38,197 nucleotides of DNA from a virus (Duplodnaviria > Caudoviricetes): positions 1 to 38,197 of IMG/VR virus record IMGVR_UViG_3300047157_000016. One strand, 5' to 3'. The position numbers were made by a program, and so were the translations under genes. Below the pieces are notes generated by a model that ran no database searches, had not been told where the DNA came from, and was given only the letters and a program-made list of their open reading frames with translations. How positions within the stretch are numbered: position 1 is the first letter of the stretch; each line of letters starts with the position of its first letter. Below, in pieces: positions 1 through 5,682 of the stretch.

Positions 1-128
1 CGGAGTGCGTGCGTTTTTCCATAGATGGGTCCCCATTGGCTCTACGTGGCAAAAAGTGGCAATGACTGGCAATTCATGGCAATGGGTGGCTAAGGGTGGA
101 AAATTGGAGATAAATGTGCGAGTGATTG
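1..128. repeat. Left direct terminal repeat (128 bp)
   Basis: 1-128 is identical to 38070-38197. It lies between the late (terS) promoter and the first early promoter, where a physical genome end is expected. Confidence 0.9.
37..100 (+). repeat. TGGC tetramers at exact 10-bp spacing within the terminal repeat
   Basis: TGGC at 37, 47, 57, 67, 77 and 87, and TGGA at 97; the spacers are variable. Confidence 0.85.
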
Positions 129-140
129 TAGTTTTTAGTG

Positions 141-156
141 GCATAACATGTTATGC
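141..156. promoter_or_regulatory. 16-bp palindrome GCATAACATGTTATGC, copy 1 (putative operator)
   Basis: Perfect palindrome, repeated at 990, 1646 and 3918 (15/16); all copies are intergenic. Confidence 0.75.
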
Positions 157-180
157 GTGATATTTATTTTTCCCAAAGGG

Positions 181-208
181 TTGACTCTCAGATTAAGAAG
201 AGTATATT
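181..208 (+). promoter_or_regulatory. Sigma70-type early promoter P1
   Basis: TTGACT (181-186), 16-bp spacer, TATATT (203-208), with an AT-rich upstream tract. Confidence 0.6.
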
Positions 209-237
209 TATACACATGGACGCAGTAACTGGTCCTA

Positions 238-259
238 AACGAGAATGATTCTCATTAAC
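238..259. promoter_or_regulatory. Fur box-like operator
   Basis: AACGAGAATGATTCTCATT (238-256) has one mismatch to AATGANAATNATTNTCATT. GAGAATGATTCTCATTAAC (241-259) is 15/19 to the E. coli GATAATGATAATCATTATC. It sits between P1 and the RBS AAGGA (274-278). Confidence 0.7.
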
Positions 260-284
260 ATTTAACTAACATAAAGGAAATAAT

Positions 285-770
285 ATGAATACTATCAATG
301 ACTTAAACAAACAACAAGCAACTCTATACCGTTCATACGTCAAGGCAAATCAAATGGACGTTAACCAACAGGCTAAGATTGACGCCTATATGGACCAAGG
401 CAAGCAAGGACATGCAGAGATTCTAGGCATAGTCGAACTCATGAAGGTTAACAATGAGTCAACAGCTAAGATTAAAACACAGGTTTCGAGAGCCAGTGGC
501 AAGCAAAAATCAGGACTAAGCCTTCAAGGACTAGGCAAGGATGATGTAGCTGTTATAGCACCTAAAAAAGCTAGTACAAAGGACAAGCAAGAGGTGGCAG
601 AGAAGGCACCAAAACCAGAGGACAGTGTTGAACCTAATACTCAATCAATCACACATGACCAAGCGTGGGAGTTTGTAGAAAAGTATTTCACACTAGACGA
701 GGTGGAAGCTCTCAGAGGTGCTGTTAAGGCTAGAATAGCAGAGAAGGTCAAGAAAATAATCGCTGCCTAA
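285..770 (+). CDS. First early protein, unknown function (161 aa)
   Basis: ORF with RBS, own promoter and terminator; Lys-rich central linker; no family recognised. Confidence 0.85.
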   Translation: MNTINDLNKQQATLYRSYVKANQMDVNQQAKIDAYMDQGKQGHAEILGIVELMKVNNESTAKIKTQVSRASGKQKSGLSLQGLGKDDVAVIAPKKASTKDKQEVAEKAPKPEDSVEPNTQSITHDQAWEFVEKYFTLDEVEALRGAVKARIAEKVKKIIAA

Positions 771-787
771 TCTAACCACTAACCAAG

Positions 788-813
788 AAAGCCGGCTTTA
801 TGCCGGTTTTTTT
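788..813 (+). terminator. Rho-independent terminator
   Basis: AAAGCCGGC-TTTAT-GCCGGTTTT followed by a T run, just after the gene 1 stop. Confidence 0.85.
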
Positions 814-925
814 GTGCCTGTAATCCTGAGAATGAGCTCCATATATTCGATATTAGAGGACTTTATATAGTAAGCAATACCAAAGCTTGCCTAAACAATA
901 ATAATCCAAGCAAGATACCCTGAGT

Positions 926-954
926 TTGACATTAGAGCATTAGTATGAGATAAT
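926..954 (+). promoter_or_regulatory. Sigma70-type early promoter P2
   Basis: TTGACA (926-931), 17-bp spacer, GATAAT (949-954), extended -10 TG at 946-947. Confidence 0.75.
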
Positions 955-989
955 TCATACATGAATCGAGATACAGGGATTCAAAACAG

Positions 990-1005
990 GCATAACATGT
1001 TATGC
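990..1005. promoter_or_regulatory. Palindrome GCATAACATGTTATGC, copy 2
   Basis: Exact copy between P2 and the RBS of 1037..1645. Confidence 0.75.
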
Positions 1006-1036
1006 GTTGACAATAACTAAAAATGAGAGGTGTTAA

Positions 1037-1645
1037 ATGTACGATGTAGATTGTATGACAATCTCAGAGCATGCGTTAAAAACTCCGGAAGGTTTATTGG
1101 ATGTGATTAAATTTGTATTCACTACAATCCAACAGCCTTTGAGTAGCTGTAAAAATCAATTGAATGATATTGATACGCATGGCACTGAAAGTAAATATTT
1201 ATTTGGTAGCAAAAGAGCCGGATTAAAATATGCAATGGAAAATAAAACTAAATTGTTTTGGAAGGTGCAAGAATTGCAGAAGGAATCATTAGAAAATATT
1301 GATACAGTCAGTAAAGCTGTAAGATTATTCATGGAGGTTCCGGGTTTAGGTGCTGTAAAGTCTGCATTTGTATGTCAAATGTTAGGCTTTAATGTATCAT
1401 GTATTGACAGTCATAATTTAAATAGGCTAGGAATGGAATTAAAAGATGTAACTATCCCTAATTCATTGACAGAAAAAACCAAAATGAAAAAGATAAAAGC
1501 CTATGTACACTTGACACAGAGAAAAGGTACTGTATACTGGTGGAACTCGTGGTGTGATTATGTAGCCAGTAAAGGTGGCATGAATAAAGCATTAGCGACA
1601 GGCAATGAAGTGAGTGCATTCCATGTGGAGTGCGTAATAAGGTAG
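1037..1645 (+). CDS. HhH-GPD superfamily DNA glycosylase-like protein
   Basis: VPGLGAVKSAFVCQMLGFNVSCIDSHNL resembles the HhH + catalytic Asp segment of Ogg/EndoIII enzymes (e.g. [29 protein letters not shown]). Confidence 0.65.
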   Translation: MYDVDCMTISEHALKTPEGLLDVIKFVFTTIQQPLSSCKNQLNDIDTHGTESKYLFGSKRAGLKYAMENKTKLFWKVQELQKESLENIDTVSKAVRLFMEVPGLGAVKSAFVCQMLGFNVSCIDSHNLNRLGMELKDVTIPNSLTEKTKMKKIKAYVHLTQRKGTVYWWNSWCDYVASKGGMNKALATGNEVSAFHVECVIR

Positions 1646-1661
1646 GCATAACATGTTATGC
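1646..1661. promoter_or_regulatory. Palindrome GCATAACATGTTATGC, copy 3
   Basis: Exact copy starting immediately after the TAG stop at 1643-1645. Confidence 0.75.
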
Positions 1662-1692
1662 GTTAATAATAATAAAAGTCCAAGGAGGACAT

Positions 1693-1878
1693 ATGAAAAA
1701 GTTATATAGAGATAGTTCAACACCTAAGAAAAAGTTTTATCATTTTAATATTGTAGGTTTTAAGTTTAGACTAAAGACTTATAGAAGAGATGTGATAAAG
1801 AAGTTTAATATCTATTCAGATAATCAAGGTCTAGGTTTAAACTTTAGTAGAAGAAATTTAAAATTATATAGGAGCTAG
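1693..1878 (+). CDS. Small basic hypothetical protein (61 aa)
   Basis: AGGAGG RBS precedes ATG 1693, a better start than the GTG at 1630 in the ORF track. Confidence 0.75.
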   Translation: MKKLYRDSSTPKKKFYHFNIVGFKFRLKTYRRDVIKKFNIYSDNQGLGLNFSRRNLKLYRS

Positions 1879-1880
1879 TA

Positions 1881-2186
1881 ATGACTAAAGATTATTTAAA
1901 TGATGTGAGAAACCTTACGGAAACATTAGAGGTAGATGAAAGAACTATAACAGTTGAACGAATGACTGGTAATGGTGAGAAGGAAGTTACTAGAGATGAG
2001 TTTATTAAAGTATGGGTAGACCATGCACAGTTATGGTCATTGGTAGACTATGATGAGATAACAGTTATGACTATAATGGTGGATGAGATTAAAGAAGCCA
2101 TTACAGAACTAGCCGGTCATAGTTGGGATTTAAAATATATTAGAAAAATAAAAAACATGGAGAAGGCTAATGAGCATAGTGCTTGA
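1881..2186 (+). CDS. Hypothetical early protein
   Basis: ORF with GGAG RBS, tightly packed. Confidence 0.75.
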   Translation: MTKDYLNDVRNLTETLEVDERTITVERMTGNGEKEVTRDEFIKVWVDHAQLWSLVDYDEITVMTIMVDEIKEAITELAGHSWDLKYIRKIKNMEKANEHSA

Positions 2187-2385
2187 CACACCTGAACAGA
2201 TACATGGCTTTAGGCATAGAACTTTATTGATTGGTTTGGAAACTGAAATTAAATTTCCCGGTCATCAATTAACTAGAGGTCGTACTTGTTACGCTAGGAT
2301 TAAATCTGAGTTTGGATTAAAAGGTAACAAACAAAAAGTGTATGACCAATTTAAACAAATGATAGAGGAGAAGGCTAATGGCTAA
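2170..2385 (+). CDS. Hypothetical early protein
   Basis: ORF with GGAG RBS, overlapping neighbours. Confidence 0.75.
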   Translation: MSIVLDTPEQIHGFRHRTLLIGLETEIKFPGHQLTRGRTCYARIKSEFGLKGNKQKVYDQFKQMIEEKANG

Positions 2386-2563
2386 CTATAAATATGAAGT
2401 AATAATTGACAATGAGATATCAGTAAAGTTTGACACTGAGGATAAAGCAGAAGAGTATAAACTTGCAATGGAGAAAACAAACAAGTATAATACTGTTAGT
2501 GTCAAGAGATACTGGTACATGGATGAACTTATAACACAGGAGGATAGTAATGAAAGCAAATAG
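2378..2563 (+). CDS. Hypothetical early protein
   Basis: ORF with GAGGAG RBS. Confidence 0.7.
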   Translation: MANYKYEVIIDNEISVKFDTEDKAEEYKLAMEKTNKYNTVSVKRYWYMDELITQEDSNESK

Positions 2564-2723
2564 CTTTAGTTTTATGAAGGAAGGTTTTGACTGGGAACAG
2601 GAACAGGACAATGACATGGAAGAGATAGATATGGAAAAAGTCTACATGGAAGTTGATGACTTATGGGATGCGTATAGAGATACAGGTATGCGACCAAGTG
2701 ATTTTATAAGTGAGGTAGACTAA
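2550..2723 (+). CDS. Small acidic protein (57 aa; not in ORF track)
   Basis: GGAGG RBS; MKANSFSFMKEGFDWEQEQDNDMEEIDMEKVYMEVDDLWDAYRDTGMRPSDFISEVD; TAATG coupling to the next gene. Confidence 0.7.
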   Translation: MKANSFSFMKEGFDWEQEQDNDMEEIDMEKVYMEVDDLWDAYRDTGMRPSDFISEVD

Positions 2724-2929
2724 TGGCTAACCCTAATAATAATATGAACGCTTATAAACAAGCATTGGAAATTAACAGGAAGTTAAAGCGAGAGAATGAT
2801 AAACTCAATAAAAGAATTGACAGAGCAGTTGAAATAATTGATGACTTTATTGAGTTTGATAGCAATTTTATAGATGAATATGACGATTTTTTACATGCAA
2901 TAATGGAGTATCTAAATGGCAGACATTAA
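2723..2929 (+). CDS. Hypothetical coiled-coil/acidic protein
   Basis: GAGG RBS, translational coupling. Confidence 0.7.
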   Translation: MANPNNNMNAYKQALEINRKLKRENDKLNKRIDRAVEIIDDFIEFDSNFIDEYDDFLHAIMEYLNGRH

Positions 2930-3152
2930 TGGAGTAGAAAGAACTTATGCTAACAAAGATGAGTATGACTTTGAAGGTGGTGAGGTAGATGACAATCTAA
3001 ATTACTATAATGTTAAAGTAAAATGGACAGGTACTATTGCTTCCTTTAAAATACTGGCTCATGGTGAGCAAGAAGCAGTCAAGATAGCTAATAAAAAGCT
3101 AGACATGGAAAGTAATGGACTAATACATTTTGAAACAGAGGTAATGGAATGA
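2916..3152 (+). CDS. Hypothetical early protein
   Basis: GGAG RBS, overlapping neighbours. Confidence 0.7.
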   Translation: MADINGVERTYANKDEYDFEGGEVDDNLNYYNVKVKWTGTIASFKILAHGEQEAVKIANKKLDMESNGLIHFETEVME

Positions 3153-3325
3153 GATGCAGAGCATGTAACAAACAACTGAACGACAACGAGTCAGTGTATA
3201 AAGACAATGAAACAGGTGAGTATTTAGATATGTGTAATAACTGTATTCGTAAGAGCTATGCAAGCTTTGACTTGGAAGGTGATGATGATAGAAAATATGT
3301 TGAAACTTTGTTTACAAAATTATAA
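3149..3325 (+). CDS. Small Zn-finger-like protein (58 aa; not in ORF track)
   Basis: MRCRACNKQL...YLDMCNNCIRK has two CxxC pairs; ATGA overlap with the upstream gene. Confidence 0.75.
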   Translation: MRCRACNKQLNDNESVYKDNETGEYLDMCNNCIRKSYASFDLEGDDDRKYVETLFTKL

Positions 3326-3339
3326 TAGTATGTTATAAT
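3311..3339 (+). promoter_or_regulatory. Sigma70-type promoter for the replication genes
   Basis: TTTACA (3311-3316), 17-bp spacer, TATAAT (3334-3339), extended -10 TG. Confidence 0.7.
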
Positions 3340-3467
3340 ATTATTATAGATATATAGATATTAAAGGTTAATAAAAGGTTAAGTAAAGGATAAATAAAAG
3401 ATATATTAATAGCTATTATGGTGTCGTAGTTATTAATAATTTTTCAGACACCAATGAGGATATAATT

Positions 3468-3914
3468 ATGGCAGTAGCAATCGGTGAAGCACTATACCCG
3501 GCTCTCTTTGAACCAAAGGTAGATAAATACACACCAACACCCGGAGTTTATTCAATAGACTTGAAGGTAACTGATGAAGAAAGGGATAGACTAATAGCAT
3601 CCGGTATCAAACCGAAACAAAAAGATGCTAATGTGTTTGTGTTTAAACGTAAGCCTATCACAGCTAAGGGCAACCACATGCCTGCACCTACAGTAGTAGA
3701 TGAGAACAAGCATGGTTGGGATAGTGCAATTAAGATTGGCAATGGCTCGCAAGTTAAGGTAGCGTACTCAACATACGAACACCAAGCAACTGAGCAGTTC
3801 GGTCTAGGTAAATCTTTAGATGCTGTACAGGTGGTCAACCTTGTGGAATACACAGGTGGTGGCAATGCACTTGATGAGTTTGATGCAGTAACTAAGGAAG
3901 ATGTTCCATTCTAA
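3468..3914 (+). CDS. Single-stranded DNA-binding protein (T7 gp2.5-like)
   Basis: IGNGSQVKV and LDAVQVVNLVEY motifs, acidic tail ending DVPF, located upstream of the primase-helicase. Confidence 0.85.
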   Translation: MAVAIGEALYPALFEPKVDKYTPTPGVYSIDLKVTDEERDRLIASGIKPKQKDANVFVFKRKPITAKGNHMPAPTVVDENKHGWDSAIKIGNGSQVKVAYSTYEHQATEQFGLGKSLDAVQVVNLVEYTGGGNALDEFDAVTKEDVPF

Positions 3915-3917
3915 TAG

Positions 3918-3933
3918 GCATAACATGTTATGT
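3918..3933. promoter_or_regulatory. Palindrome copy 4 (GCATAACATGTTATGT)
   Basis: 15/16 match, 3 bp after the SSB stop. Confidence 0.7.
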
Positions 3934-3935
3934 CA

Positions 3936-4002
3936 TGGCTACTCTGTAATGGGGTAGCCACTTTAGGGATTTGAACTGGCAATTTAAAGCCTATTCCTAA
4001 AG
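3936..4002 (+). other. Two adjacent RNA hairpins in the SSB-primase intergenic region
   Basis: TGGCTACTC/GGGTAGCCA (3936-3960) and CTTTAGGGAT/ATTCCTAAAG (3961-4002); G-U pairs favour + strand RNA. Confidence 0.55.
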
Positions 4003-4071
4003 CATTTGCAGAGCAACGAGTATATATATACACAATTATATACACAAATAATAATTTAACTGGGATGAATT

Positions 4072-5682
4072 ATGGAACAGCAACAAGGCACCTTTGTTCA
4101 ACACGAACCATGTCCATCATGTGGCAGTAAAGATAACCTAGCAAGGTACTCTACTGGTCAAGGATATTGTTTTGGATGTGGACATTGGGAAGGACCTAAT
4201 GGTCAGAGTAAAGCTGAACCAATTATAGAGGATAAGAGTATGCAATTATTTACAGGTAACAGTGGTGCCATTGTAGACAGAGGTATCAATGCAGATGTTG
4301 TGCAGAAGTATGGCGTTACCTTACAGTACGGAGAGGATGGTTTAATCAAGAAGCATTGCTACCCATACCATGATGCTGACAATGGTGAGCATCTAGGTAA
4401 CAAGATACGCACTGTTGATACCAAAGACTTTCTATATGATGGTAACAGTAAGGATGTAGGACTGTTTGGAGAGAACATATTCAAGGGTGGTGGTAAGTAC
4501 ATCACAGTCTGCGAGGGCGAGCTTGATGCAATGAGTGTTCACCAAATGTTCGGTAACAAGTACGCATCAGTCAGTCTACGCACTGGCTCTAAAGGTGCGA
4601 AGAATGATATCAAGCGTAGCCTTGAGTACCTAGAGTCATTCGACTGGGTAGTCTTGTGCTTTGACACAGACAAGGCAGGCAAGGATGCAACCAAGAGCGT
4701 GGTAGATTTGTTCTCACCTAACAAAGTTAAGGTGTGTAACCTACCTCTCAAGGATGCAAACGAAATGCTAGTGCAAGGTAAGATAGCTGACTTCACTAGG
4801 GCATGGTGGGATGCCAAGCCTTACAGACCGGATGGTATTGTAGCTAGTGAGGACACATGGAACATACTGACAGAGGAGATACGTGTCGAGTCCGTTCCTT
4901 ATCCGTGGGTTGGCGTCAATGATTTAACCTATGGTTTCCGTAAGGGTGAGCTTGTAACTATTACAAGTGGCTCAGGCATGGGTAAATCTCAAATGGTCAG
5001 AGAGCTAGAACATTACTTGCTCAACGCAACTGATGAGAACATAGGTATCTTAGCTTTGGAAGAGAGCGTAAAGAATACTACGCTAGGTGTCATGTCCATC
5101 GAAGCTAACAAACCATTGCACCTCAACATGCAAGACGTAGATGACAGTGAGCTTAAAGGTTACTGGGATAAGACCATGGGCAAAGGTCGTGTGTTTATGT
5201 ATGACCACTTCGGTAGTACCAGTGAGGATAACTTACTCTCTAAGGTACGCTACCTAGCCAAAGGTTTGGACTGTAAGTGGATTGTACTAGACCACCTGTC
5301 TATCGTAGTCAGTGACCAAGAGGTTATGGATGAGCGTAAAGCTATTGATAGTATCATGACTAAGCTACGACAGCTCGTACAGGAAACAGGCATAGGCTTG
5401 TTCCTTGTTTCTCACTTGCGTAGACCAATGGGTAAGGGTCATGAAGAAGGTGGACAGATAAGTCTATCAGAGCTTCGTGGTTCAGCTAGTATTGCACAGC
5501 TATCCGACATGGTGATTGGCTTAGAAAGAAACCAACAAGCTGATGACCCTGTGGTTCGTAACACTACGATACTTAGAGTCTTAAAGAATAGATTCAGTGG
5601 ACTCACTGGTCCTGCATGTTCTCTACACTACGACAAAGAAACTGGTAGAATGAAGGAAACAGATTCAGTGGGAGAATTTTAA
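4072..5682 (+). CDS. Primase-helicase (T7 gp4-like)
   Basis: Zn ribbon CPSC...CFGC, TOPRIM CEGELDAMS / FDTD, Walker A GSGMGKS, LDHLSI, LRGSASIAQLSD, KNRFSG. Confidence 0.97.
   Translation: MEQQQGTFVQHEPCPSCGSKDNLARYSTGQGYCFGCGHWEGPNGQSKAEPIIEDKSMQLFTGNSGAIVDRGINADVVQKYGVTLQYGEDGLIKKHCYPYHDADNGEHLGNKIRTVDTKDFLYDGNSKDVGLFGENIFKGGGKYITVCEGELDAMSVHQMFGNKYASVSLRTGSKGAKNDIKRSLEYLESFDWVVLCFDTDKAGKDATKSVVDLFSPNKVKVCNLPLKDANEMLVQGKIADFTRAWWDAKPYRPDGIVASEDTWNILTEEIRVESVPYPWVGVNDLTYGFRKGELVTITSGSGMGKSQMVRELEHYLLNATDENIGILALEESVKNTTLGVMSIEANKPLHLNMQDVDDSELKGYWDKTMGKGRVFMYDHFGSTSEDNLLSKVRYLAKGLDCKWIVLDHLSIVVSDQEVMDERKAIDSIMTKLRQLVQETGIGLFLVSHLRRPMGKGHEEGGQISLSELRGSASIAQLSDMVIGLERNQQADDPVVRNTTILRVLKNRFSGLTGPACSLHYDKETGRMKETDSVGEF

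Noticed and set aside
141-156. Palindrome resembles dif inner arms (GCATAA...TTATG), suggesting XerCD integration
   Set aside because: The spacer is 4 bp rather than 6-8, the outer XerC/XerD arm bases are missing, and four dispersed copies do not fit an attP.
825-843. Second Fur-like site CCTGAGAATGAGCTCCATA
   Set aside because: Only the left half-site matches and it is about 80 bp upstream of the P2 -35; too weak to call.
141-3933. Repeated palindromes or TGGC units as a CRISPR or mini-array
   Set aside because: Palindrome spacing is 0.65-2.3 kb with whole genes between; TGGC units are too short; no cas operon.
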